A DNA stretch of 64,000 nt from Promethearchaeota archaeon (lineage in GTDB: Archaea > Asgardarchaeota > Lokiarchaeia > Sigyniarchaeales > SOKP01): the NCBI GenBank assembly GCA_019058445.1, contig JAHPZA010000006.1, forward strand, positions 480,001 through 544,000, written 5' to 3'. This document shows positions 1 through 11,192 of the stretch, in pieces (position 1 is the stretch's first letter; each line of letters opens with the position of its first letter). The position numbers were made by a program, and so were the translations under genes. The notes beneath the pieces were generated by a model. It did no database searches and was not told where the DNA came from. It saw only the letters and a program-made list of their open reading frames with translations.

Positions 1-43
1 TAACAAATTTTTAAAAAAATTGAAAATAGTAAAAATTTTCAAG

Positions 44-1294
44 TTAATCCTCTTTTTCTTGAGATTCATCAGCTGCGCTAAAAAATGTTGATTTTGGCAT
101 ATCTGAAATCGTTTGTTGTTTTTCAATTTTTCTGTAAATCCCTTTTTGAATTACATATTTCATGATCTCATCTGTGCCACCTCCAATGCGTAAAAGTCGA
201 ACATCTCTCAAACATCTTTCTACAGGATATTTATTTGTGTACCCTATGCCTCCTAAACATTGAAGCGCATCATCGCATATTTTATTGGCCGCTTGACAAG
301 CAAACAACTTTGCCATTGCAGCAAAATGTCCATCTTCAATATTTTTTACTGATCTTTCAACAAGGGCTTTACCCGCTTCATAATATGTCACCATTTCAGC
401 AATTTTAAAACTAATCCCCTCAAATTCAGAAATGGGTCTTTTAAATTGAACTCTCTCTTGTGTATATTGAATGGCTATTTCCAATGCTCTTTTAGCAACA
501 CCTAAAGCCTGGGCAGATAAAATAGCCCTTTCAGGTCCTAAGAAATTTTGTAAACCCGCTATTGCTGCAGTTTTCCCTAATCTTTTTTCACCAGGCTCTT
601 CTTTAATTTCTTTATAAAAAAGCGCATTTTCCTTAGGAACCCTCACATCATTAAATTTCATATGCCCTAAATGTAATCCATGAAGTCCCATTAAATTATA
701 TTCTTCAATAACCTCAAATCCGTCCCAATCGGATTGTACAATAAACCCTCCGTTTCTTGCATAGACAATAAGAATATCTGCGACACTTCCATTAACTATA
801 AACCTCTTTTCACCATTTATAATGTATTGTTCATTGGCAGCATCGTATTTCGCAAATGTTTTCATTCTTGATAAGTCACTTCCCGCCTCGGGCTCAGTGA
901 AACAAAAGCACCCTATCTTTTCTCCTTTAACAATTGGACTAATATAATGTTTTAATGGTCTAGTTTTCCCGAACGTCCTTATTAAAGTAGAGGGATATGT
1001 GCTTGAAAGACGGCTCATATCAACTGCAAGACTGTAATAACACACCTGTTCCGAAAATAATAACTCTTGCATATATGAACCGCCTAGCCCTCCAAAACGC
1101 TTTGGAAAAGAGATACCGATTAATCCATTTTTTCCCATAGGTCTAATCACATCCCAGATATCCATTTTACCTTGTTCTATATCATCTATATATGGCCCTA
1201 AGTTATTTTTAAGATAGTCGTCAATTTCTGCCTTCCAATTTAATTCTTCTTCTGTTAAATCTGAAAATATGCTCTCCATTTTAATATTCAACAA
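44..1294 (-). CDS. Acyl-CoA dehydrogenase
   Basis: FCFTEPEAGSD, INGEKRFI, RVQFKRPI, and RIGGGTDEI motifs; real start may be the downstream ATG (MESIF). Confidence 0.93.
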   Translation of the reverse strand: MLNIKMESIFSDLTEEELNWKAEIDDYLKNNLGPYIDDIEQGKMDIWDVIRPMGKNGLIGISFPKRFGGLGGSYMQELLFSEQVCYYSLAVDMSRLSSTYPSTLIRTFGKTRPLKHYISPIVKGEKIGCFCFTEPEAGSDLSRMKTFAKYDAANEQYIINGEKRFIVNGSVADILIVYARNGGFIVQSDWDGFEVIEEYNLMGLHGLHLGHMKFNDVRVPKENALFYKEIKEEPGEKRLGKTAAIAGLQNFLGPERAILSAQALGVAKRALEIAIQYTQERVQFKRPISEFEGISFKIAEMVTYYEAGKALVERSVKNIEDGHFAAMAKLFACQAANKICDDALQCLGGIGYTNKYPVERCLRDVRLLRIGGGTDEIMKYVIQKGIYRKIEKQQTISDMPKSTFFSAADESQEKED

Positions 1295-1520
1295 ATGTTT
1301 TATTTTATTTCTATATCTTATTCTAAACTGCTATGTATAAAAGTTTTTTTAACCATCCTTGAATTGAGTTATAAAATCGGTTTAATGTTATTTTAAATAG
1401 TTAATTTTTAAGTCTATTAACGGAGCAAATAATTAATTTACTTTCCAAAAATTTTATTCTTATTATAATTTTTCAAAATTAAATTAATTGTAAATTTTAA
1501 TTCTTAACTAAAATCATGAG

Positions 1521-2813
1521 ATGGATATATTGGTTGGTAAGAAAGGAGAAGTACAATGTATAAATGATGAGATATTAGATAAGTTATCACTAAAAAATCG
1601 TAATAAATTCTTGATTAATAACCTAATTAGTATTCTTAAACCAGAACATTTTAATTTTCTTAAGCAAGCTCAAAAATTCTATGAAAGATTTGAGAAGAAA
1701 AACAATATTACTCATAAAGAGGATTATTATGATTGGATTCCCGAGATTGGGAAAGAAGGTTTGGTTAGTCGAGTAAATAAATTTGATGAATTGGGATTGA
1801 ATTTCAAACCTTTTGGCATTACAGCAGAATTCATGAGAATTCTTGCTACTGATTTTTTTGATCCCCAATTGGCAATGGGTATGGGAGCTTCTGTTCTTGT
1901 AATAAATCCGTTAATGTTACACCATGAAGGAATTGATATTCGGCTCCGAGCACTTAAAGAATTAGTTATGGGGGAGAAAGTAGGTTGTTGTTGTATTACA
2001 GAGCCAGAAAGAGGTTCTGATGCGGTTCATATGCTAACGACGTGTAATGAACAAACAGATGGTAGTTTTCTAATTAATGGGCAAAAAATTTATCAAACAA
2101 ATGGTCCGAAAGCTCATTGGGCCATCATTTATGCATGTACAGAAGAAAATAACGGAAATACAATGGGTCAATTCTTAGTAGATACTTCTTGGGAGGGATG
2201 GAATGCTGAAAGAGTAATTATCCCTTGGACACCAAGAATGTTCATTGGCAAAGAAACATTTACTAATTTAAAAGTGCCTAATGAGTGCATACTAGGCCCA
2301 CCCGGTCAAGGGAGAGAACACCTTTTTGAGGGATTAAATTTAGAAAGACTGGGTATTGTTGCCTTAAATATAGCAGAAGCATGGAATGCGATAACTCACG
2401 CTATTATTTATTGTAATATGAGGAAGCAATTTGATCTAGAGATTCTGAAATATCAAGGAGTAGGGTTTCCTTTGGCTGATTTATGGGCTCAAACAATGAA
2501 TCTTACGTTAGCGTTTTTACATATTTCTGAACTTATTGATCAGAAAATGGAACAATTTGGCAGAACTCTTCCAAAACAATTTAATTTAGCATTAGTTGCA
2601 AATGCATCTCAACTCAAATCCCAAAGTGCCAAATTAAGTGAACGTGTATGTTATGAATGTGTCAACTTAATGGGGGGCGCTGGAGCATGTGATAATACCC
2701 TTATGCAGGATTTGTTAGGGATCTCACGGATACAGGAAATGGGCGGTGGAACACGACAAATTCAACAGTATATCATGAGCCTAGCCTTAAGACAATTATT
2801 TAAAATGATTTAA
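1521..2813 (+). CDS. Acyl-CoA dehydrogenase
   Basis: CITEPERGSD, INGQKIYQTNG, RKQF, and GGGTRQIQ motifs; divergent from a paralog. Confidence 0.92.
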   Translation: MDILVGKKGEVQCINDEILDKLSLKNRNKFLINNLISILKPEHFNFLKQAQKFYERFEKKNNITHKEDYYDWIPEIGKEGLVSRVNKFDELGLNFKPFGITAEFMRILATDFFDPQLAMGMGASVLVINPLMLHHEGIDIRLRALKELVMGEKVGCCCITEPERGSDAVHMLTTCNEQTDGSFLINGQKIYQTNGPKAHWAIIYACTEENNGNTMGQFLVDTSWEGWNAERVIIPWTPRMFIGKETFTNLKVPNECILGPPGQGREHLFEGLNLERLGIVALNIAEAWNAITHAIIYCNMRKQFDLEILKYQGVGFPLADLWAQTMNLTLAFLHISELIDQKMEQFGRTLPKQFNLALVANASQLKSQSAKLSERVCYECVNLMGGAGACDNTLMQDLLGISRIQEMGGGTRQIQQYIMSLALRQLFKMI

Positions 2814-3025
2814 AAAAGAGAAAAGTAAGATAAATTAAATTTTAATTATTTTTTTTTTAAAGATATACCCAGATTTAGATTTTCTAAAATTACTCTTTTG
2901 TGAATTTTACTATAATAAGTAGACTTTTCTATTTAAAGGTAAAAATTATTCTTTCTTTTTCTTTTCTTTAAATAATTGAATTTTTTTGCAAAAAAAAATA
3001 AGATTAATTTGCATTATTTCTCTTT

Positions 3026-4012
3026 TTATTTATTGTTCCTTTTATCTTTTTGAGAGATTCCCAAGCTCAGATTCTCGATTAACTCTGTGTACCGATTCCG
3101 AATCGTGACCTCTGTCACCTGCGAGATTTTAGCTATTTTTCTCTGTGTTCTACGCTCTTTGCATAAGATAGATGCGGCATAGATTGATGCGGCACAAACC
3201 CCTGTAGGACCCCTTCCAGAGGTTAAACCTCTTTGTTCTGCCATTTTAATTATTTTTTTAGATACTTGCTGGCATTTTTGAGATAAATCCAATTCACTAA
3301 TAAAACGAGTAAGAAAATCAACCGGTTTGGTCGGATTTAAATTTAATCTTAATTCTTTAGAAATAAAGCGAAAGGAGCGTCCGATTTCCTTTTTATCGAC
3401 CCGGGCAACTTCAGCTATTTCATTTAACGTTCGAGGAACTTTATACATTCTACACGCAGCATAAAGGCTAGCTGCTGCGACACCTTCAATACTTCGTCCA
3501 CGAATAAGATGAGCTTCTACAGCATCTCGATATATCTTTGCAGAACACTCACGTAGATTTTTCTGTAAATCTAGGTTGGAAGCCATTCGATCCAATTCAG
3601 ATAAAGCAAAAGTCAAATTCCTTTCAGTCGCGTCTGATACTCTTATTCGACTTTGCCATTTTCTTAATCTGTATATCTGAGCTCGTAATTTTGCAGGAAT
3701 TTCTTTACCAAAAATATCGCGATTTTTCCAGTCAATCATTGTTGAGAGACCTTTGTCGTGAATCATATAAGTCATTGGTGCTCCCGTTCTTGTACGTTTC
3801 TTTTTTTGGTCTGCATCAAACGCACGCCATTCAGGGCCTTGGTCAATATAGCGTTCTGATGCAATTAATCCACAATTTTCGCATACAAATAGGCCTCTAT
3901 TCTCATCAAAAGAAATTGAATGTCCACACTCATTACAGCTATCACCTGCACTAAAAGAATCTTTATTTATTTCATCGAGGGTTATCTTTACATTATTCCA
4001 ACTTGAAATAAT
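3026..4012 (-). CDS. tfb: Transcription initiation factor IIB (TFB), non-canonical ATT start likely
   Basis: Frame stays open upstream of 3775 through GPEWRAF (B-finger) and the Zn ribbon CNEC...CENC to ATT ATT at 4012-4007, bounded by in-frame TAA 4015-4013; two cyclin repeats ([31 protein letters not shown]). Confidence 0.95.
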   Translation of the reverse strand: MISSWNNVKITLDEINKDSFSAGDSCNECGHSISFDENRGLFVCENCGLIASERYIDQGPEWRAFDADQKKKRTRTGAPMTYMIHDKGLSTMIDWKNRDIFGKEIPAKLRAQIYRLRKWQSRIRVSDATERNLTFALSELDRMASNLDLQKNLRECSAKIYRDAVEAHLIRGRSIEGVAAASLYAACRMYKVPRTLNEIAEVARVDKKEIGRSFRFISKELRLNLNPTKPVDFLTRFISELDLSQKCQQVSKKIIKMAEQRGLTSGRGPTGVCAASIYAASILCKERRTQRKIAKISQVTEVTIRNRYTELIENLSLGISQKDKRNNK

Positions 4013-4056
4013 TTACACCTTTAATTTGCTTTTTTTAAAAATTTTGAGAACTCTTG

Positions 4057-4302
4057 TCAGACTTTTACAAAAAGTTCATTATATGGGCTAAATTCTTTAT
4101 TCGGCAGAGTTTTAATGGAAATAAATGGTAAAGTTATTGGTCCAAATATTTCTTTAATATACCCTATTTCCTCATAATTCATATTAAAAACAGGTTTACG
4201 GTAAATTTTTTCAAAGTTTCTATTCCATTGTTTCACTCTAAATATTTGATGCTTTTTAGATTTCCCTATGTAGAATAGACTTAGTTTAACCCAACTTTTC
4301 AA
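4057..4302 (-). CDS. gar1: H/ACA RNP protein Gar1/Naf1
   Basis: IGYIKEIFGPITLPFISIK motif; conserved archaeal gar1-tfb adjacency. Confidence 0.8.
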   Translation of the reverse strand: MKSWVKLSLFYIGKSKKHQIFRVKQWNRNFEKIYRKPVFNMNYEEIGYIKEIFGPITLPFISIKTLPNKEFSPYNELFVKV

Positions 4303-4556
4303 TATTTTACCATCTTTGGCAATTGAAATATAAACTAAAATAATTGATCTTTGCTATTTAAAGTTAATTAATTTTAGCTTATAACTTATTTAATTCCTAC
4401 AAAAAAGTAGAGTCGATTTTTGGCAACATTATATGGTTTTTTGTCAAAATTTATTAGTATCGAAAGAAAAAACATGACTTTTTTATTCCAAAGTACTTAA
4501 ATATTTACAAATTTTCACAGAAATAATCTTGTTTTGGATCAAAAAAATTTGTGAAT

Positions 4557-5660
4557 TCAATGATAATTTCTTTGCATATCGTATTTTATTTTACAATCGC
4601 AATCTACTTCCTTATAATCTCTCAATTTATGTATATCTTGATTTAAAACGAAGTCTTTCAGCAATTGTATCATTTTGTCATCACATTTTAAGCAGTTATG
4701 AATTCCTCTTTTAGTACCCGCTCCTGAGGGGTCAGAGACTATTCTAATATTTGTGAGATCTTCTTGTTTGATTGCTTTTTTTAGGCACTTGAATAGGGAG
4801 TAGAACCACGGTGGTCGATATCTATTTTGATACCACAGATATTCTGCTAATGAACCTTTTTGAATATTTAGAGGATTTATTGAAATAGAATTTACTTTTA
4901 AATTTATTAAAGATGTAATTGAATCTATGCAATCATCGATAGCTCCCTGTTCATTAAGAAAAGGAGGTTTAAATAACAAATAAGCTTTCACGCCTATATC
5001 ATATTCTCTACATAAATCAACAGCTTTAAGAAACTTTTCATACATTAAGCCTTTATTAATATAATTATTTCTTATATAATCATTAGTTGTTTCAAGTCCA
5101 ATTCCAATTTCAATATATTTATTCTTAAGATTGTTTTTAAGGATTGATAGCTGGTCTGCGGTTAGATATTCAACTCTAGACTCAATTACAAACTCTTTAA
5201 TGTTTTTAATTTCAGCAATTTTCCGATAAATATGCATGCGAACAGTTATGTCAAGCTCTGAATCATCAAAGAAGCTACCTGAGTTGAAAATTTTAAGTAT
5301 ATAATTATTTTGTGGATCTTTTATTTCATTTTGTTTTCTTTCTAAAGCATAATCAAATTGCTTGATAAGGTACTGTGAGGGTACTTCTTTAATATTAGCA
5401 TCTTGAATGTATCCGCACATGGAACACCCTCCATAATTACCTAAAGCCCAGCTACATCCCTTGGTCCTTAATATTATCGTAAATTCTTTGCCTATTTCAT
5501 CTATAAGCCTATCAGTTTTGGTCCAGAAACTTACGGGTTTTTCTAATTGCTCATTTGTAAGTTCTCGTTTTTTTCTTAATGCCTTTTTCCTTAATGAAGA
5601 GATAAAATCTCCCAATGGATTCTGATGATTTTCATTTGACACTTTCATAGACTGTAGCAA
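4557..5660 (-). CDS. Archaeosine biosynthesis radical SAM protein RaSEA
   Basis: LRTKGCSW...GGCSMCG, KIFNSGSFFD, IGLET, YLLFKPPFL, YRPPW, RGIHNC motifs; follows arcS; start may be ATG at 5648. Confidence 0.9.
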   Translation of the reverse strand: MLQSMKVSNENHQNPLGDFISSLRKKALRKKRELTNEQLEKPVSFWTKTDRLIDEIGKEFTIILRTKGCSWALGNYGGCSMCGYIQDANIKEVPSQYLIKQFDYALERKQNEIKDPQNNYILKIFNSGSFFDDSELDITVRMHIYRKIAEIKNIKEFVIESRVEYLTADQLSILKNNLKNKYIEIGIGLETTNDYIRNNYINKGLMYEKFLKAVDLCREYDIGVKAYLLFKPPFLNEQGAIDDCIDSITSLINLKVNSISINPLNIQKGSLAEYLWYQNRYRPPWFYSLFKCLKKAIKQEDLTNIRIVSDPSGAGTKRGIHNCLKCDDKMIQLLKDFVLNQDIHKLRDYKEVDCDCKIKYDMQRNYH

Positions 5661-7710
5661 CTCGACCTGTTTCTGTATTTTTTATAACATGAGATCCTAC
5701 TATAACATGTCCCATTCCAATAATTTCTTTTTTATCTTCATCAAGAATTATCACATTATCATAAGGCATTAGGTTTCGACTAAAATCTAATATTCCTGGT
5801 CGAAACAATGTATTTCCACTCATTTTTTTACCATTAAATATAATGAATTTTTCTAGTTCTGAAAAGGGTTTCAAAATATAGGCACCTTTTATTGTAAGAT
5901 CAATTTGCCCCGTGCTATAATTGAAAAACCCTAAAGAATTATTATTTTTTGTATCTATTATTTCAATTCGAGTATGAGATTTACCTTTTCTTATTTTAAT
6001 ACCGGGTTTAATGATTTTGCTTCCTGAGCCTTGCCCATATTGATAATCTAAAATTTTAATAAATTTGCGATCCCAGGTTTTTGATACATAAAATTCTTTA
6101 GAGATTTGACCAATAGGGTTAAAATCCTTTATTTTAGTATCAATTAGAGATTTTAATGATTCCAAAGATTCTTTAGTAGTTAAATTATGAGTGATGCTGC
6201 TAAAGTAAAAATGATGATTTAGTTGTTTTTGCGCTCTTTTAATAATTTCGAGATATGCTTCATTGAGATGGCATATTATAGGAATGTTATGATTGAATTT
6301 TTCAAGTAATTTAACAAGCATCTCGGCAGAAATATTTAATTCTTCTTCACTCCATTCTCCCGTAACTGAAATATCATATGAATTAGCAGGGTATATATTT
6401 TCAAGTTGTCTTGGAATTGCACCCAATGGAGAAGTTAGAATTATTTCTTGGAAATCAGGGAATTCGGGATATTTTCTTAAAATACTTAAATATTTTTTAT
6501 GGGATTTGGATTCGGAATATGGCTTTCCTGCTGAACAAGGAAATAATATGATCAATCTTGTTTGATGTTCCGGTTCGAAAGTTTCTATAACTCTTTCTCG
6601 AAATTCTTGGAAATCTGGTCTGTGGTATGATAATGCTCCAAGACAATTTACTTTTTTGTTCTTTTGAGTGATGGGGGTTTCATATTTAATTAGATTAAAA
6701 TAGTCTCTATCCAAGATTCTTAGCATAGAGATAATATTAGTATCATCTAAAGAGGATTTTTCAACAAAAGCCCGAAAGTCCTCATAATTTAGATATTGTA
6801 TGATTTTGTTCATATATGTTTTCGCTGAAATTAAGTTATGAAGACTTAAGCAGTATATTTTTTCTGAGGAATATTTTTCTTTTAGTAAATGTTTCAATTT
6901 TCCTCTACAAGCTCGACATGAGCATGGTAAATATTTAATTTTATATATCGGCAATAAATATTCTATAGCATTATAGAAGTTTTCTGAGGATAAATACAAA
7001 AGGTAAGAGCTATCAATTAAATCAATACCTAAATAAACTAGTATGGGATACATATTTGGGATAATTCTGCCTGATGCGACTATAATGATACTGTTATCTA
7101 ATTCTTGCTTAATCCTTAAAATTAAGTCTAGTATTTTCCTAAAATTGGAAATATTATCAAAAATATCAGCTAAGTTCAAAATCTTAATATTTTGATTCCT
7201 ATTGATTAGTTTAAAATAGAGATCAGATAATTCTACAAAGTCAAAGATTTTAATTGTTAACCCAAAACTAAGGTCAGCATTTTTTTTAAGAATATTTTCT
7301 GCATTCTTTAAGTAATTTTCAATTTCTCTGTTTGCAAAATTCTTGTTTATTACAGTAGTTGGTATTTCAAAGGGGATAATAGCGAAGATACCATTCTCAA
7401 TAAGAATTCTTTTATTTCTTAATAAGACTTCTTTAAACTTTTCCAGAGTACCATAGCTAGTGTATATGATGCTCGAAGACTGGAAATTTTTTTTTAGAGC
7501 TTCATTTTTCAATATTTCCTCTCTTGAAATTTTAAATAAAACATGGTCTTGGAATTCACTAATGAAGTCAATATGATTCATTAAAATACTATTCAATGGA
7601 ATAATGATATTTGGAGTATAGATATATTTCTTATCTTTTTCCGAGCCTAAAATCCTCCCACTACGAGCTAATCCTACCTGTGAATTTAAAACTTCAAAAA
7701 AAAAAGTCAT
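5632..7710 (-). CDS. arcS: Archaeosine synthase ArcS (degenerate TGT-like N-terminus, DUF5591-like core, PUA domain)
   Basis: LARSGRI/YTPN start, CSCRAC...HN Zn site, PCSAGKPYSESKSH, LTSPLGAIPRQLE, YDISVTGEW, C-terminal PUA-like LFRPGI. Confidence 0.88.
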   Translation of the reverse strand: MTFFFEVLNSQVGLARSGRILGSEKDKKYIYTPNIIIPLNSILMNHIDFISEFQDHVLFKISREEILKNEALKKNFQSSSIIYTSYGTLEKFKEVLLRNKRILIENGIFAIIPFEIPTTVINKNFANREIENYLKNAENILKKNADLSFGLTIKIFDFVELSDLYFKLINRNQNIKILNLADIFDNISNFRKILDLILRIKQELDNSIIIVASGRIIPNMYPILVYLGIDLIDSSYLLYLSSENFYNAIEYLLPIYKIKYLPCSCRACRGKLKHLLKEKYSSEKIYCLSLHNLISAKTYMNKIIQYLNYEDFRAFVEKSSLDDTNIISMLRILDRDYFNLIKYETPITQKNKKVNCLGALSYHRPDFQEFRERVIETFEPEHQTRLIILFPCSAGKPYSESKSHKKYLSILRKYPEFPDFQEIILTSPLGAIPRQLENIYPANSYDISVTGEWSEEELNISAEMLVKLLEKFNHNIPIICHLNEAYLEIIKRAQKQLNHHFYFSSITHNLTTKESLESLKSLIDTKIKDFNPIGQISKEFYVSKTWDRKFIKILDYQYGQGSGSKIIKPGIKIRKGKSHTRIEIIDTKNNNSLGFFNYSTGQIDLTIKGAYILKPFSELEKFIIFNGKKMSGNTLFRPGILDFSRNLMPYDNVIILDEDKKEIIGMGHVIVGSHVIKNTETGRVATVYESVK

Positions 7711-7771
7711 TATTCTACTATGGAAATTAAAAAACTATAATCTTTTACTAAATATAGTTTATCCTATTTAA

Positions 7772-9703
7772 TTAATCTGCTTCCGTTAGTAAAATAATAA
7801 AATTACTTCCTTTCGAGTGATCTCCTTCAATTCTATCTTCAACCCAGATCTCTCCTTCATATGTTTCAATAATTTTCTTAACTAAAGATAAACCTAACCC
7901 CAAACCACTAATACTCTTATCTTTATTATATGCTCTTAAAAATATTTCTTCTTTACGAGCATCTTCTATCCCTATCCCGTTATCCGTAAATTCTATTCTT
8001 ATGTGATTAGTATCGCCCATTTGTTCTTGAGAAACTTTAATATGAATCTGGATTGTGGGATTATCGTTATATTTTACAGCATTAATTAACAAATTCTCAA
8101 ATACATCAGCTAAAAGCTCATTGGCAAAAACATCTATAATGTTCTTAAAAGTGTCGATCTTTATACTTAGATTGCCTTTTTGAATCCAGTTATGTATGAA
8201 ACTTATTGATTTTTTTAAAATTTCGTATAACTCTATTTTTTTCAATGGATTTTCAGATTCCTCAATTTGAGATAATTTTTGTATGTTATCTACTAATTTC
8301 GCTCCTCTTAAAATTTGTTCCTTAATTATGGTACTGATTTCTTTTAATTCATCCGTTTTTTCTGGCACTTCCAAAAACATATTAATAAGATCGTTTGCAG
8401 AACCGATGTTTTGAAGGATATTTCCTATGTCATGTGAGAAAATATCTTTAAAAAAGTTTGCTCGATTATAAGATTCGCGATACTTTTTCTCTGATTCTTT
8501 TAATTTTTGTTCTGCAAATTTTCTATCTGTGATTTCTTTTAACATTACCTGAATTAACGTTTTATCTTCAATTGTCAATAATGAAAGGTAAGCGTTTATC
8601 CAAACTATAGTACCGTCTTCCCTAAAAAGTGTAAATTCAAATGAATCTATAGTTTCTCCATTAATGAGGGCCTGTAAAATATTTCTAAAAAAAGGTACTT
8701 TTTTTTTATTATATTGCCCAATCCAATCAAAAATATTATCCCCTAATATCTGTTCTTTCACCTGTGAGTGGAATCTTATTCTCGCAGTTTCATTGAGATC
8801 TACGATGTTTCCTTCGAAATCTAATAGATAAATTGCTAAAGGAGAGTTGTCAAATAAATGCCGATATTTTTTTTCTGAATCTTCCAATGCTTTTTTTGCA
8901 AGGACTCTTTCCGTAATATCTTCGTAAGTTCCTAATAATCCGACTACCTCTCCTTGAGAATTATGCAGTGGAATTTTATTTGTGTCAACCCAAGCTTCCT
9001 TACCATCGGCTTGTAATTGGGGTTCAATAATATGATACTCTGGTTTATTAGATTCCATCACAAGGCGATCTATTTCAAAAAACGATTCTGCCTGTGATTT
9101 TTCCCAAGCTAAATCGTAATCTGTTTTTCCAATAATATTGTTAGGATCACCCACTCCCGCGACTCTCGCAAAATTTCTGTTGCAACCTAAAAATACTGAA
9201 TTAATATCTTTCCAAAAAATAAATTGAGGTATATTATCAAGAACAATTTGAAACATTTGTTTACTTTCAATTAATTCAGCTTTGGCTATATTTTCTTCAG
9301 TTATATCTTTTATAACTACAACTACGAATTTTGGCTTTCCTTGCTCATCTTTAATTAGAGTCGCGCTTAACTTTCCATATAAAAAAGTACCGTCATCCCT
9401 CTTAAATTTATAGGTGGCTCCTCTTAGAGTTCCTTCATTTAAAGCCGTTTCATAATCTTTTCGCACCATTTCAAGATGTTCTGGAGCTACATATTCAAAA
9501 CCACTTTTACCTATTATATCCTCTTTTTTAACATGAGTTCCTAGTAATTTTAGAGTGCTGTCTGAAATATTAATAATCTTTCCTTCGGTATCTAACATTA
9601 ATAGTATATCTGGGAATGTGCTGAATAAAGTATCATAAAACACCTCTTTTATCTCATATGATTTTTTTTCTAATTCAGAATCATTCTCAGGTTTATCTCG
9701 CAT
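7772..9703 (-). CDS. Multi-PAS sensor histidine kinase
   Basis: Three PAS/PAC repeats (DITE/EITD ends), H-box [29 protein letters not shown]. Confidence 0.93.
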   Translation of the reverse strand: MRDKPENDSELEKKSYEIKEVFYDTLFSTFPDILLMLDTEGKIINISDSTLKLLGTHVKKEDIIGKSGFEYVAPEHLEMVRKDYETALNEGTLRGATYKFKRDDGTFLYGKLSATLIKDEQGKPKFVVVVIKDITEENIAKAELIESKQMFQIVLDNIPQFIFWKDINSVFLGCNRNFARVAGVGDPNNIIGKTDYDLAWEKSQAESFFEIDRLVMESNKPEYHIIEPQLQADGKEAWVDTNKIPLHNSQGEVVGLLGTYEDITERVLAKKALEDSEKKYRHLFDNSPLAIYLLDFEGNIVDLNETARIRFHSQVKEQILGDNIFDWIGQYNKKKVPFFRNILQALINGETIDSFEFTLFREDGTIVWINAYLSLLTIEDKTLIQVMLKEITDRKFAEQKLKESEKKYRESYNRANFFKDIFSHDIGNILQNIGSANDLINMFLEVPEKTDELKEISTIIKEQILRGAKLVDNIQKLSQIEESENPLKKIELYEILKKSISFIHNWIQKGNLSIKIDTFKNIIDVFANELLADVFENLLINAVKYNDNPTIQIHIKVSQEQMGDTNHIRIEFTDNGIGIEDARKEEIFLRAYNKDKSISGLGLGLSLVKKIIETYEGEIWVEDRIEGDHSKGSNFIILLTEAD

Positions 9704-10053
9704 TAATGAATTTCTCCTGAAAAAATATTAAACTAAAAACCATGATCTAATTTTAATACAATTATTCTAACAAAAATAACGTAATGGAATCTATATTTAT
9801 ATGTTTGGTAGTAGTAAAGTTATTCATGATTAGTTTAAGAGAGTTGCTATCTTATTAGTTTCATCAATTTCCGTTCAAATTGACTAATTTTTTTTCGATT
9901 TGATTATCCTTATTGAAATTTCTCTAAAAATATTAGAATAATCCATCATATTTCATTTCCAATAAAGAATATTGTTGTAAATATTGAAATAAAATAATTA
10001 AATCAACACTTTTACTGTGAAAAAAATTACTGAAAGCTAAATTTTTCTCACTT

Positions 10054-11040
10054 TTAAAAAATTATAAAATTTGTAAATGGTTTGAGCTCATCCAGTACAA
10101 AATTAGTAAATGTGTCTTCTACATCCTCTTCATAAAAAAGATCTCTTATGAAACTACCATAGCCTTCAATTCTTTTAACTCTTACAATGGCAAATAGGCC
10201 ATATTGTGTTCCAATTCTAAATAAATCCGTTATTTCATCCTTTTCTTCAAGTTTTCTTGCTAAAAGATCATATTTCGATGGATCTTTAGGCTTAATTCGA
10301 ACAATAAATTTTCCCTTAAAACCTAATTTTTTTGGACAAAAATTAATCGAATAATTTAAAATCACATTATTCTTTTCAAGTTTTTTAATCTTATTATGAA
10401 CTGTTGGCTGGGAAATCCCTTCTTTATAGTGTTTTAGTGCAATACTTTTATACTCTTCATTGATTATATGTTTTATTTCATAGGTGGAGATGGACTTTAT
10501 TCCCTGTCTTTCCTGCAATATTTTTAAAATTAATTCGTCGATCTTATCCAACTCAAATTGCTTATTAATTTCTGAATTTTCTAATTTAACTCCGTTGGTT
10601 TTAAACACTTTTATTGTGTCAATTATCTGATATTTTTTAAAATATGAATGGGCCATAATTTTGTCTATTAAGTTTAGTGTCTGATAATAATCATCTGAAG
10701 ATTTAAAAACAAAAAGTGCAATTAAAGAAAATTCTCCGAAAATTCCGTCCAGCATCTTTAACTGGGGTAATTTTAGTAGTTCTTCAACTAATTTGGGCTC
10801 TTTTGGATTTGTTTTAATTTCAAGCATTACAAATTTCAAATTATTTGGATGGATATTTGGATTTATATTGATTGTAAAATTTCTAATTATTTGTTGATCT
10901 TTCAAATTATTTAGCTTATTTTGTATTGTTTGTCGAGATATACCTAAAGCTTGAGAATTCTTTGATATATTAAATTTGATTTTAGTATTTAACTGTTTTA
11001 CAAGAATTAGATTATTTGCTCTTTCTTTATGATTACTCAT
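10054..11040 (-). CDS. Lrp/AsnC family regulator, tandem duplicated domains
   Basis: Two HTH+AsnC modules (ISRQTIQNKLNNL; ISQPTVHNKIKKLE); divergent from ahcY. Confidence 0.85.
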   Translation of the reverse strand: MSNHKERANNLILVKQLNTKIKFNISKNSQALGISRQTIQNKLNNLKDQQIIRNFTININPNIHPNNLKFVMLEIKTNPKEPKLVEELLKLPQLKMLDGIFGEFSLIALFVFKSSDDYYQTLNLIDKIMAHSYFKKYQIIDTIKVFKTNGVKLENSEINKQFELDKIDELILKILQERQGIKSISTYEIKHIINEEYKSIALKHYKEGISQPTVHNKIKKLEKNNVILNYSINFCPKKLGFKGKFIVRIKPKDPSKYDLLARKLEEKDEITDLFRIGTQYGLFAIVRVKRIEGYGSFIRDLFYEEDVEDTFTNFVLDELKPFTNFIIF

Positions 11041-11192
11041 TTTCGAATAATTTTATGTATTTACTATATTTATTAATTATTTGTTAAATATAAGAATTTG
11101 TTTCTCAGCAGTTAATCATAAATATGTTTAAATTTGAATCAAAATTAAATGACATAAAATAATGACAAATTTATTAAAAAAGTGATCAGAAA

